Source: an uncultured virus (IMG/VR IMGVR_UViG_3300003617_000006)
Taxonomy: Duplodnaviria; Heunggongvirae; Uroviricota; Caudoviricetes
Reading direction: 5' to 3' (one strand)
Virus record (IMG/VR): IMGVR_UViG_3300003617_000006
DNA: 64,000 nucleotides
In this document: piece by piece, positions 47,470 through 59,400 of the stretch
Position numbering within the stretch: the stretch's first letter is position 1
How the letters are laid out: every line of letters starts with the position of its first letter
Made by a program: the position numbers and the translations under genes
The notes under the pieces: generated by a model
What the model saw: the letters and a program-made list of their open reading frames with translations, nothing else
The model's database searches: none
What the model was told of the DNA's origin: nothing

Positions 47470-50400
47470 ATCTATTATTTATTGTTTAGTCTAAGTTTAT
47501 TTATTTCTTCCTCTAATTTGTCAATATTAATCTGTTCCGCTTTAATAGCTTCAATGATTAATGGTACAACTCTAGAGTACGACATTGTTAAGAAACCTAA
47601 AGAGTTCGTAGTAACCGATGCCGGTAATACTTCCTTAGCGTTCTGTGCAACAAATCCGATATCATGTTTACCATAGTATCCAACTTCTGCCCATTCTTTC
47701 TCTAATGACTCTTGTGTCCAATCATACTCAACAGGTACTAAGTCCATGATTTTATCTAAAGGATTTGATATTTCAACAATATCAGTCTTTAGTCTAACAT
47801 CCGAAGATGATAATCCACCACCATCATTTTGTGGATAATCACCGCCTGGTCCTCTACACGTAGAAGCCTGAGACCATGAAATACCATTCCAGTAATATGT
47901 CGACCCGTTAGCAGAATAATATCCTGGTTCCGCTAATTGACCACCAAATGGGTCCAAATAGATAGGATTACTAAAACTGAAAGTACTAGACGTTTGGAAA
48001 ATCTCTATATTCCTAGGAGAATTACAACTAGAAAAATAATCACGACCATTAGCAATTATGTGACTGTAGTAAGTAGTTTGTGCTGGACCTGAAAGTCCTG
48101 TATCACCACGATTACCTTTAGTACCAGTAGCTCCTCTATTACCTTTAAGTCCTACAGTTGCGTCAGCTCCAGCATTACCTTTTGGTCCTACCGCTCCTCT
48201 ATAACCTTTTACTCCGTTAGCCCCTTTTGGTCCTCTAGGTCCTTTATAACCTTGAGTTCCTGCCGGACCTGTAGGTCCTTGATAACCTCTAGGTCCTTTA
48301 ACACCTTTAGGTCCAATCGTTGGTGTGTAGTTACCTCTAGAACCAGGTCCACCTGGGCTACCTGCGTAACCTTGTATACCTCTGTTTCCTTTAGGTCCTT
48401 TTGCACCTTGATTTCCACTTGCGTATCCTTTGTCTCCTGTTGGTCCTTTGTCTCCACCGGCACCTGTAGGTCCACTAGCACCTTGATACCCTGTTGGTCC
48501 TCTACCACCGTTATAACCTTTAGCTCCTTTATAACCTTTATCTCCTTGTGGTCCTGTTGGTCCTACATTACCTATGTTACCTTTAGTTGCGGTATTACCT
48601 CTTGGTCCTTTTGGTGATGGTCCTGTATAACCTTTAGGTCCTTGGTCTCCACGGTATCCTTTAGGTCCTATGTTACCTTTGATACCTTTGTTACCTTTGG
48701 TTCCAGTATTACCTCTATCACCTTGTGCTCCTCTATTACCTTTAGTACCTACTGGTCCTTGATAATGTGGTCCTCTGTAACCTTTAACACCTTTATAACC
48801 TTTAGGTCCTCTGTTACCTTTGTAACCTTGAGGTCCTTGTGGGGCAGTACCACCTACAGGTCCTTGACCACCTTGGCCACCTCTAGGTCCTTGTGGTTGG
48901 TATCCTTTAACACCTTTGTTACCCTTATAACCTTTGTTACCTTTGTAACCTTTATCACCTACTGGTCCTGTCGGTCCTTGCGGTCCTGTACCACCTCTAA
49001 GTCCTGTCGGTCCTCTGTTACCTTTATGACCTTTCTGACCGATAACCCCTTTTGGGCTACTACCTTGTGGTCCTCTGTAACCTTGAGGTCCTCTATTACC
49101 TTTGTAACCTTTGTCTCCTACAGGTCCTTGTCCACCTATTGGTCCACCAGGTCCACCAGGTCCTACATTACCTTTGATACCTTTATTACCTTTGGTTCCA
49201 ACGTAACCTTTAACACCTTTAGGTGCGATATAACCTTTATCTCCTGTAGGTCCTCTATCACCCGTAATTCCCGTGTTACCACGATTACCTTTGTTACCTT
49301 TAAGTGCTGGTGTTTGATTACCCTGAGGTCCAACATCTCCTTGTGGTCCTATATAACCTTTAACACCTTTGTTACCTTTGGCTCCAGTATTACCGATATA
49401 CCCTTGTGGTCCTTTAACACCTTTAGGTGCTACTAATCCCGGAGTATTTGGGTCGTCATTCTGAGGTAAACCTTTAGGTCCCTGTGGTCCTCTATAACCT
49501 TGTGGTCCTTGATTACCTCTGTCACCTGTTGGTCCTACATTACCTATGTTACCTGTAAGTCCTCTATCTCCAGTATTACCTATGTTACCTTTAAGTCCTT
49601 TACCACCGCCTGGTCCTGCAACACCTTTGTTACCTTTATTACCTTTGTAACCTTTGTCACCTCCTGGTCCTGTTGGTCCTTTTGGTCCTGTTGGTCCTTT
49701 TGGTGATGAACCGATACCCCCTTGGATACCTTTATCACCTACAGGTCCTCTGTTACCAATATTACCTTTTAAACCTACAGGTCCTTTTGGTTGATAACCT
49801 TTTGGTCCTTGACCTCCTCTGTTACCTTGGTTTCCTTGAACTCCTTTAAGTCCTTTCGCCCCAATGTTACCTTTAGTTCCTACAGGTCCTAAGTCACCAG
49901 TATATCCCTTAGCTCCGATGTTACCTTTGATACCTTGCGGTCCTTGATACCCAACGTTACCCGTTATACCTTTGATTCCTTTATAACCCTGAGGTCCTTT
50001 TGGTCCGATTTCACCTTTTGGTCCTCTAGGCCCTACAGGTCCTAAGTCACCAACGTTACCCTTGATACCTTTAATTCCCTGAATACCTTTTGGTCCTTGC
50101 GGTCCATCGTTACCTCTATAACCTTTATCACCAGGTGCTCCATTATCTGAAGTTTCACCCTGTGGTCCAACGTTACCTTGAATACCTTTGTTACCTTTAG
50201 GTCCCTTCTGACCTACTGGTCCTCTGTTACCTACAGTACCTTTGATACCCTTTATTCCTTTTACTCCTTGATATCCTTGTGGACCCTTTAAACCTTGAGG
50301 TCCTTTAATATCACCTAAGTAAACACCGTTCTCATTAATGATTACGTTACCCTGAGAATCCTTCAAATCACCTTCAATAATAAGGTCACCTTGAATTACG

Positions 50401-53130
50401 AATCTCTCAGTACCTGAGGTTTTCATTCTTGCAACCTCAGAACCGTTTAACATAACAACTAAATCATTCGTAGATGCTTCAGTCACTAATGTGTATTCCG
50501 TACCACCATTATATAATTCAATATTTGGTGCTCCGTCGGCTTCTGCTCTATTAGGATAAATAATTACCCCTTTTGTTCCTTTTTCTAGTGCCATTATTTA
50601 TTGTTTTTTGATTTGATAATCTCAAGTTTATTATTTAAATCCTGAACGATTTGTCTTTGTTCTCTTAAAGAAGCAATTAAAATCGATGTCATTTTTGCAT
50701 AATTAACGATTACCGCCCCACCAGGAACTTCAGTCGTCAATTCAGGTAATACTTCCTTCACCTCTTGAGCGATGAAACCAGTATCTTTACCTTTCTGTTT
50801 AAGTATATTAAATTCAGAATCTTCAATCCACTCAAAGTTTACCCCTCTTAACTTAGTGATTTTATCAATCGCCATTGTTAATTCTGTGATATTCTCTTTA
50901 AGTCTCTTATCCGATGGTGGTCCTTGTGACCCTATAGGTCCTTTAGCTCCTTGATACCCTGTAGGACCTCTAAGACCTTGTGGTCCTGAACCTCCTGGTG
51001 AAGTTGCAGTAGCACCTACCGGTCCTCTGTTACCTTTAGTACCTACTGGTCCTCTAGGGCCTCCGCCACCTTCATTACCTCTATAACCTTTTGGTCCTAA
51101 TTTACCTTTATTACCTTTATTACCTTTGGTACCTCTGTTACCTTTAAGTCCTCCTGGGAAAGTAATCCCTAAGTTATCATTAGTTCCTGAATAACCTTTG
51201 TCACCTGTTGGTCCTGTTGGTCCTCTACCTCCAGTATTACCTCTGTAACCTTTTGGTGCGGTACCAGCGTTACCTTTAAATCCTTTAGCACCTTTGTAAC
51301 CTTTATACCCTTGAGGTCCCGTTGGTCCTCCTGGTCCTCTCGGTCCTTTTGGTCCTGAACCTCCTCTAGGTCCTGCATTACCTTTTGGTCCTTTATTACC
51401 TTTGTAACCTTTTTCACCAGCGGCACTGTTAGCCCCTTTATTTCCTATGTTACCTTTAGTTCCTGTATCACCTTGTGGTCCTCTATCACCAATTCCACCT
51501 TTAGCGCCTCTACCACCTTGGTTTCCTTGTGCACCTTGGTTTCCTTGGCCTCCAGCACCTCCTTTATATCCTTTGTCACCGACAGGTCCTTGATATCCTT
51601 TATCTCCTTTTCCACCAACGATACCTGTAGTACCTCTAGACCCTTGTGGTCCTCTATCACCACCAGGTCCTGCGTTACCTTTAATACCTTTGTTTCCTGT
51701 GTAACCTTTGATACCTTTTGCACCTGTTGGTCCTGTTGGTCCCTGTGGTCCTGTTATACCTCTAGGCCCTTGTGGTCCTTGGTTTCCTTTAGCTCCAATA
51801 TTTCCTTTAACACCTTTGTTACCTTTAATACCTTTACCTCCAGTATTACCTTTAAGTCCAATATAACCTTTTGGTCCTGTATATCCTTTAGGTCCTTTAT
51901 TACCTTGAGTACCTACCGGTCCTGTTGGACCTCCTGGTCCTCTATTTCCTTTAACTCCAATGTTACCTTTAGGTCCTTTAATACCTTTGTTACCAACGTA
52001 ACCCTTAACACCTTTATTACCAGGTCCTCCTTGTGGCCCTTGATAACCCTGAGCACCCTGTGGTCCTCTTGGTGAGTTACCCGTATAACCTTTAACACCT
52101 TTATTACCCTTGATACCTTTGTCACCAGGTCCCCCTTGTGGCCCTTGATAACCCTGTGCACCAGGTGAACCTACAGGTCCTATAACTCCTTTGTTACCTT
52201 TATTACCTGTATTACCAAGGTTACCCTGTGGTCCTTGAGTACCTACCGGTCCTTGAGCTCCTCTGTTACCTTTAGTTCCTGTTAAACCACCTGAACCGAT
52301 TGGACCTAAGTCTCCTCCTCCATTTTGTGGTCCTCTTGGTCCTTTAGGTCCAAAGTTACCTTTAATACCTTTATAACCTTGCGGTCCTTGGATTCCTTTA
52401 ATCCCTTTGTATCCTATAGGCCCTTGTGGTTGATATCCTTTATCTCCTTGTCCCCCTTGAGGTCCTTGATATCCGATAACACCTTTATTTCCTTTGATAC
52501 CTTTAATACCTTTGTTACCTTTAAGTCCTTTAGCCGCTGAATAACCTTTGTCACCCGTCGTACCTTTAGTACCTTTGTAACCTTTATCTCCTTGTGGTCC
52601 AAAGTTACCTCTGTAACCCTTAAGTCCAGTATCCCCTCTGTCTCCAGTTGGTCCTGTTGGTCCCTGTGGTCCTTGCGGTCCTTGTTGACCTTGTGGTCCA
52701 ACATTACCTGTTGCACCTTTATTACCTTTAATACCCTTAGCTCCTCTGTTTCCTGTCGGTCCCTGTGGTCCTAATGGTCCGGTAATTCCTTTTGGAGAAA
52801 GTCCTTTTTGTCCTTGTTCTCCTCTGTTTCCTTTTATCCCTATAGGTCCCTGATTACCTACGTAACCTTTGTTTCCTTTAAGTCCTTGTTGTCCTTGTGG
52901 TCCTTGACCTCCTTGAGGTCCTATTGGACCGATTGGGCCTTGTTGTCCTTGGGCACCAATTGCTCCTTTTTGAGCAGTTGGTCCTACTATCCCTTCTGGA
53001 CCTTTAGCACCTTGTGGGCCGATTACCCCTCTGGAACCAATGTATCCTTTCAAACCTTTTTGTCCTTGATTACCTTGAGCTCCCTGAGCTCCTGTTGGTC
53101 CTGTGTTTCCTTTTCTACCCTTGTCTCCAA
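44965..53130 (-). repeat. three blocks of 9-bp-period collagen-coding repeats (~44965-47180, ~48085-50305, ~50915-53130)
   Basis: recurring ggtcct/cctttg/gttacct units on the plus strand. Confidence 0.9.
47475..50594 (-). CDS. collagen-like fibre protein 2 with globular tip and S74 chaperone
   Basis: Gly-X-Y tract, ~90 aa aromatic-rich domain, SSDVRLKTDI..IGFVAQ. Confidence 0.92.
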   Translation of the reverse strand: MALEKGTKGVIIYPNRAEADGAPNIELYNGGTEYTLVTEASTNDLVVMLNGSEVARMKTSGTERFVIQGDLIIEGDLKDSQGNVIINENGVYLGDIKGPQGLKGPQGYQGVKGIKGIKGTVGNRGPVGQKGPKGNKGIQGNVGPQGETSDNGAPGDKGYRGNDGPQGPKGIQGIKGIKGNVGDLGPVGPRGPKGEIGPKGPQGYKGIKGITGNVGYQGPQGIKGNIGAKGYTGDLGPVGTKGNIGAKGLKGVQGNQGNRGGQGPKGYQPKGPVGLKGNIGNRGPVGDKGIQGGIGSSPKGPTGPKGPTGPGGDKGYKGNKGNKGVAGPGGGKGLKGNIGNTGDRGLTGNIGNVGPTGDRGNQGPQGYRGPQGPKGLPQNDDPNTPGLVAPKGVKGPQGYIGNTGAKGNKGVKGYIGPQGDVGPQGNQTPALKGNKGNRGNTGITGDRGPTGDKGYIAPKGVKGYVGTKGNKGIKGNVGPGGPGGPIGGQGPVGDKGYKGNRGPQGYRGPQGSSPKGVIGQKGHKGNRGPTGLRGGTGPQGPTGPVGDKGYKGNKGYKGNKGVKGYQPQGPRGGQGGQGPVGGTAPQGPQGYKGNRGPKGYKGVKGYRGPHYQGPVGTKGNRGAQGDRGNTGTKGNKGIKGNIGPKGYRGDQGPKGYTGPSPKGPRGNTATKGNIGNVGPTGPQGDKGYKGAKGYNGGRGPTGYQGASGPTGAGGDKGPTGDKGYASGNQGAKGPKGNRGIQGYAGSPGGPGSRGNYTPTIGPKGVKGPRGYQGPTGPAGTQGYKGPRGPKGANGVKGYRGAVGPKGNAGADATVGLKGNRGATGTKGNRGDTGLSGPAQTTYYSHIIANGRDYFSSCNSPRNIEIFQTSSTFSFSNPIYLDPFGGQLAEPGYYSANGSTYYWNGISWSQASTCRGPGGDYPQNDGGGLSSSDVRLKTDIVEISNPLDKIMDLVPVEYDWTQESLEKEWAEVGYYGKHDIGFVAQNAKEVLPASVTTNSLGFLTMSYSRVVPLIIEAIKAEQINIDKLEEEINKLRLNNK

Positions 53131-53395
53131 TAAAATTAGAGGTATCACCTACGTAGTCACTTTCGATGAATGAGTCTTGTTCTTTGTTCTTAATTAAACC
53201 TGTTTGAAGGTTTTGGTTCTTTACTGTGGCAGTACCCTGAGCGTCAAATTCCATAAGTGTTGTTCCACCAGACTTGAAGATAAGAGAACCACCGGGGGTT
53301 AACCCGATGGTAATCTCTTCTACTCCATGTGTGATAACAATACTTGGATTACTTGACCCCGTAATATTCGGTGTGATTTTAATGTTCTTAGCCAT
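50594..53395 (-). CDS. collagen-like fibre protein 1 with S74 chaperone
   Basis: Gly-X-Y tract; SDKRLKENI..LRGVNFEW..GFIAQEV; TATTTAT at 53446-53452. Confidence 0.92.
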   Translation of the reverse strand: MAKNIKITPNITGSSNPSIVITHGVEEITIGLTPGGSLIFKSGGTTLMEFDAQGTATVKNQNLQTGLIKNKEQDSFIESDYVGDTSNFIGDKGRKGNTGPTGAQGAQGNQGQKGLKGYIGSRGVIGPQGAKGPEGIVGPTAQKGAIGAQGQQGPIGPIGPQGGQGPQGQQGLKGNKGYVGNQGPIGIKGNRGEQGQKGLSPKGITGPLGPQGPTGNRGAKGIKGNKGATGNVGPQGQQGPQGPQGPTGPTGDRGDTGLKGYRGNFGPQGDKGYKGTKGTTGDKGYSAAKGLKGNKGIKGIKGNKGVIGYQGPQGGQGDKGYQPQGPIGYKGIKGIQGPQGYKGIKGNFGPKGPRGPQNGGGDLGPIGSGGLTGTKGNRGAQGPVGTQGPQGNLGNTGNKGNKGVIGPVGSPGAQGYQGPQGGPGDKGIKGNKGVKGYTGNSPRGPQGAQGYQGPQGGPGNKGVKGYVGNKGIKGPKGNIGVKGNRGPGGPTGPVGTQGNKGPKGYTGPKGYIGLKGNTGGKGIKGNKGVKGNIGAKGNQGPQGPRGITGPQGPTGPTGAKGIKGYTGNKGIKGNAGPGGDRGPQGSRGTTGIVGGKGDKGYQGPVGDKGYKGGAGGQGNQGAQGNQGGRGAKGGIGDRGPQGDTGTKGNIGNKGANSAAGEKGYKGNKGPKGNAGPRGGSGPKGPRGPGGPTGPQGYKGYKGAKGFKGNAGTAPKGYRGNTGGRGPTGPTGDKGYSGTNDNLGITFPGGLKGNRGTKGNKGNKGKLGPKGYRGNEGGGGPRGPVGTKGNRGPVGATATSPGGSGPQGLRGPTGYQGAKGPIGSQGPPSDKRLKENITELTMAIDKITKLRGVNFEWIEDSEFNILKQKGKDTGFIAQEVKEVLPELTTEVPGGAVIVNYAKMTSILIASLREQRQIVQDLNNKLEIIKSKNNK

Positions 53396-53452
53396 TACAA
53401 AGAATCAATTTAATTTAGTTTATTATTATTACAATTATTCATTATATAAATA

Positions 53453-56400
53453 TTACGCTGAAAATTCAACTTTCAATTTGTATAAATCTTTTCTTTCAGC
53501 GTGTACGATGTAGTAAGCATTTACTTCACCTTCCGCAGAAACTTCAACCTTATTGTCAGCGACTGAAGAAACATAGTGTTGTGTTGGTTTACCGAACGGT
53601 GTTAATTGAACCGTGATAGTGTCCTCGTCAACAAGACCAGTCCAATAATCAGGTAATTCAATTACTCCGTCACCCGTAACTTTACCTCTTACATAAACTC
53701 CGTGTTCTGGTCCCTCTAAGTTACCATACTGAAGTTTCATATTTGGTTTAGTTGGGTGGTCAATTAAGAACGATTTACTCTGTGCTCTTAACTCACCCAT
53801 AATCTCAACATCTTGGTTAATCATTAATGCTCCACCAATATCTGTTAATCTATTTTGACCAACAAATACATTAGTTGCCACAACATGAGTTGCAGTTACA
53901 TCATTAAACCTTACGTTATCGGTTGTTCTTAGATTTTGGTTCATTAAGTGAACTTCAGTTGCTCCTTGACCCGTATTAACAGTACTAAACGTTACCGCTG
54001 AGTTTGTTTTTACGTGTTGGTTCATTGTGTCCGCGTAACCATTATCTGTAAACCTACCATCTAAATCAATATTGATATCAGATAAAGAACCTGACCTTCC
54101 TATTGTTAATACCCCGTTTGCGGTATTGAAAGATGCTCCGTCAACGTAGTTGTTGTTATCTACAGTATCAACTAAGTATCTACCATCTAAATCGATTGTT
54201 AAATCTGATAAAGAACCTGTTCTACCGATAGTTAATTGACCATTAGTTGTATTGAATGCCACTGAATCTGCGTAGTTATCAGTATCCGTGTCAATAGCAA
54301 ATCCTGAAACCGCCACACTATCACCATCTGACTTAGTCAGTGTTAATGTTTGTGTTCCTGAATTGTATGTACCACCTGTTACTGTAACATCCGTCGTTAA
54401 TGACGATAAGTTAACATTGTAAGATTCATTTGTACCACCAACTGTTAATGTTGTACCGTTAAGTGATGCTCCAGCTAAACCGTTTACATCTTCAATTTCA
54501 ATAGATAACTGACCGTCAGACGCGATTCTCGCAGTCTCTTCAGCCGCTATTCTATTTGTTAATGAAGTGTCAGCGGTTCCTCTAACAGACTCTTCATTAC
54601 CTACCCTAGTGTGTAATGAAGTTACTTCTCCATTTGTTACACCTATCTCAGTAGACAATCCTGTTGAGATTGTACCTACTCTCGTATGTAATGAATTATC
54701 TTTTACTAATCTCGTAGACTCTTCTTTAGAAATTCTCACTTCTAATGAACCGTCGGCAGAACCTGCAGAACCTTCTACGTTATTAATTCTCGAGTGTAAC
54801 TGTACAATATCAGCATCTGTAGTATCAATCTCAGTAGATAATGCTGACGATACTTGTGCGAATCTATTATGTAATGATGTTTCACCCGCACTATATGCGT
54901 TTGATACATTCACTACGTTATTAGCGATTGAATTATCTTTCACTAATCTCGTAGACTCTTCTTTAGAAATTCTAGTATGTAATGAAGTTACTTCACCATT
55001 TGTTGTACCAATTTCGTTACCGATTCTAGTATTTAATGAATTTACCTCACCATTTGTAGTATTAATTTCTGAAGATAAAGCTGCAGATACATTACCTAAT
55101 CCTGTAGATACTGCTCCTAATCCACCTTCAATAACATCAACTCTTTCGTTGATTGACGTATCGTCATAACCTGATTGCTCAATGTTCTGTACTCTAACGT
55201 TTAATGCGTTAATTTCAGTGTCTGTAGTGTTAATCTCGTCGAATAAATCTTTAGAAACTTCTCCGATAAGACCTATAACATCGTCAATCGCATCTTCTCT
55301 ATTACCTTCCTCGTTAGCGATTCTTGTAGTTAATGAAGTATCAGCCGACGCTCTAACACCAGCCTCAGTACCTACTGCTGAAGATACATTTCCTACCTTA
55401 GTAGTTAATGAGTCATCTCCTGCTTTGATAGCCACAGAAACTGCTACAGATGTAGCGTATGGATTAAGTGCTGAAGTTAATTCTCCACTCGTAGTGAACG
55501 TTCCTAAATTAACAGAAACAACCCCACCTTTTACTCTATTTAATTTTAATACTTGATTAGTTAACGATGCTCCCGATACATAATCTTCGTTATCGATAGC
55601 GTAATCAATTTTAGTATTTAACGATAAGTCACCAGCAATTCTTGCCGTAGCTTCATCACCTACTTCACTAGCCACCTGAGACGATACATCTGATGATGTT
55701 GCGTATGGTGCTAATGCCGCAGTTACTTCACTTGCAGTTTGGTATTGACCTAAGTTAACCGATACGTTTCCGTTCTGTCTCGTTAATGTTAATACGTCAC
55801 CTGTGATAGATGCTCCTGTGATAAAGTTATCAGTATCTGTATCATCTTTGAATTGAGATAAGTCAACTGAAACAACACCACCAAGTGCTCTTGTTAATTC
55901 AAGTACGTCTCCGTCCATAGAAGCAGAAGATACATAATCTTCACTTCCAATTCTTGAAGAAGCTTCCGCACTAATCTGAGCCGCTAATGCCGCGTCCTGT
56001 GCGTCAACATATGATGTGTTCGCTTTCGGTGCAATTGCTGAAGCTAATTCTCCTGATGTTACAAAACCTGCTAACGATACCGATAATGGTGCTAAACCTT
56101 GTCTCGATAAGATTAAATCTTGTCCTGACATTGCCGCTCCTGTGATAAAGTTATCACCATCAACATCAACGTAGAAGTCAGATACCACTACTGTGTAACC
56201 ATCAGACTTAGTTAATGTTAATTCACCCGTTGCTGAGTCGTAAGAACCTGAAGATACGTTTACGTCAGTCGCTAATGAACTTAAATCAACCGTGTAAGAT
56301 TCTTCAGAACCTGAAACTGTTAATACGTTCGCTGCGAATGATGCTCCGTCTAATTCATTATGTGATGCAATATCACCGTCCATACTATCAAGTCTTGCAG

Positions 56401-59400
56401 TGATTGAAGCATCCTGTGCGTCAACATATACTGTATTCGCTTTCGGTGCGATTGCCGTACCTACATACGATTCAGTTGCGTAACCCGCGATTGCTGAATT
56501 GATTTGTGACGTTACTTCAGAAGCCGTTTGGTACTGACCTAAGTCTACCGTTACGTCTCCGTTTTGTCTTGATAAAGTTAATGTATCACCTGAGATAGAT
56601 GCTCCTGTTACGAAGTTATCCGTATCTGTGTCATCTTTAAATTGTGATAAGTCAACTGATACTAAACCACCCTTAGCTCTCGTAAGTTCTAAAGTGTCTC
56701 CGTCCATAGTTGCAGATACTACGAAGTCTTCTGACTCGATTCTACCACTTACTTCCGCAGAAATAGCAGATTCTAATGACGCGTCAGCCGCAATTCTTGC
56801 AGTCTCTTCGTTTGTTAAACCTGACTCAGTTCCACCAACTCTAATGTTAATTGATGTATCATCATATGCTGAAGCTTCAACATTGTTCACTCTCGTATGT
56901 AATGAAGTAACTTCATCATTCGTAGTTGTGATTTCAGCTCCTAAAGCAGTTGATACACCGTTTATTTTTGTGTCTAATGATAAATCACCAGCACTTCTTG
57001 CTGAACTCTCATCTCCAATTTTAGTTGTTAATGAACCTACCTCAACACCTGTTGTTGCAATTTCACTCGATAAATCAGAAGCTACGTCCGCAATTTTATT
57101 TGATAAAGATAAATCAGCAGTTGAATAAGCAGTACCTACAGTGTTAAACCTGGTATTGATTGAACCTACTTCAATATCTGTTGTGCTAATCTCATTTGAT
57201 AAATCACCTGAAACAGATGCGATTACAAGACCTAAAGAATTATCTTTAGATACTCTTACACCTTCTTCTGTTGAAACTCTCGTAGTTAATGAGTTAACAT
57301 CTATATTTGTTTGTGCGATTTCAGTAGATAAATTAGCTTCAACAACATCAACTCTATCGTTTAATTGTCCTTCCGCTACAACTCTATCTGAAACCTCCGT
57401 TGAAATCTTACCGTCTAATACAACGTCTGCAGATATTCTGTCAGCAATTTCAGCGTCTATTTTATTATCGATTACTGTGTCATCGTATGCTCCTTGTTCG
57501 ATATTACCTAAACGTGTATCGATAGAAGTAACTTCACCGTCAACTAAATCTTCAGCTAATGATACTCTCGTAGTTAATGAACCTGATTTACTCTCTTCAG
57601 CAGTTAATCTTGTTTTAATACCATTAACTTCACCATCTAATAATGAATCTTTAGCTAATCTCGTTGAAGCTTCACTAACAACCGCATTACTTACAGAAGT
57701 AACAACACCATTAGTGTTTGTTATCTTAGTATTTAATGAACTATCAGCAGTCGCTCTGTTAACCTCCTCAGATGAAACTCTGTTGTGAAGTGAAACGTCT
57801 TTTGCCGTTAATGAAGTATCAGCATCTTCTCTAGCACCTTCTTCAACACCAACTCTACTATTTAATGCAGTGATTTCACCACCTGTAGTGTTGATTTCTG
57901 AAGCTAACGCCGTTGAGATGTTACCAATCTTATTACTTAATGAACCGTCAGCTAAAACTCTTGATGATGCTTCGTTAGAAATCTCAGAATCTAAACTATC
58001 TTCAACACCACTAACTCTAATGTTAATTGATGTATCACTGTAAGCCGCATTGTCTAAAGAAACAACAGAAGATAATCTTACTGATTCTTCAGCCGCAATT
58101 CTATTAGTTAATGTGTCATCAGCAGTTTCTCTGTTAGCTTGTTCTAATGATAATGAATCCCCTAATTGAGCGATTTCTGTATCTATTGAAATATCAGCAG
58201 AAACTCTATCAGCAACTTCATCAGAAATTAAGACTCCGTTTGCAATATCACCTTGTGTTCTGTAAACTTCTTCGTTAGAAATTCTCTCACCAATCGATGC
58301 TTGGTTTGTTAAGATACTTGAAATATCACCATCATTATTTTCTAATTCAGTCTGTAACTCTTTTAACGTATCGTATGCTTCACCAGCACCGTTAACTACA
58401 CCGTCAATCGCATCTGCAATCGCAGCCTCTCTAACAGACGCTTCAATACTTACTTTAGAATCTATTTTAGAATCTAACGTGTTTAAAGAACCACTAACTT
58501 CAACTAATCTATCATCAACTGATTCTACTCCGTCTTCTACGTTACTTACTCTAGTTACGATTGATGATGTATCACCACCTGTCGCAGCTTCTAAAGAGTC
58601 AATTCTTGAATCTAATTCATTGTCAGCAGCAATTCTACTACCTTCCTCTGAAGAAATCTGACCTTCTAAATCTTCAATAGATAAGTTAGTCTCTGATAAG
58701 TTGTCACCAATTACAGTTGCCAATGATTGGTCAGCTGCGAATCTTAATGAACCTTGTGCTGAAATTTCAATAGATAATTGGTTGTCTTTTGAATCTGTAT
58801 AAGACTCTAAATCACCAATCTTAGTAGCTAATGATGCATCAGCCGATTCTAATGTTGAAACCTCAGTATCAATTTTAGTGTTTAATGTATTATCACCTAA
58901 AGTTCTAGCGTTTACTTCGTTTGTTAATTGACCACCTAATAATGTGATATCGTTTGATAACGTACCAACTTCAGAATCAATCTTAGAATCTAAAGAATCG
59001 TCAGCAACTACTCTTGTTGATGCTTCACCAACAATTTTAGTATCTAATGATGAATCTCCAGTTAATGATGTAGTAATCGCAGAGTTTAATTTAGCCGTTA
59101 ATGATTCATCAGCAGTTGATAAATCAGAAGAAATTAAACCATCAACTAATGTTAATGATAAATCTTTAGCCGCTCTTAATGATTCTTCATCTGAAACTCT
59201 CGTCTCTAAAGATGCTGAGAAATCTTCTGAATCCCCAACTCTTTCGTTGATACTTGAATCGTTATATGCCGCAGCTTCTAACTCACTAATTTTAGTTTCT
59301 AATGAACCATCAGCAGTAACTCTTAATGCTGACTCCTCACCAATCTTAGTCTCTAATGAATCATCACCGTCAACTCTTAATGCTGATTCTACACTAATCT

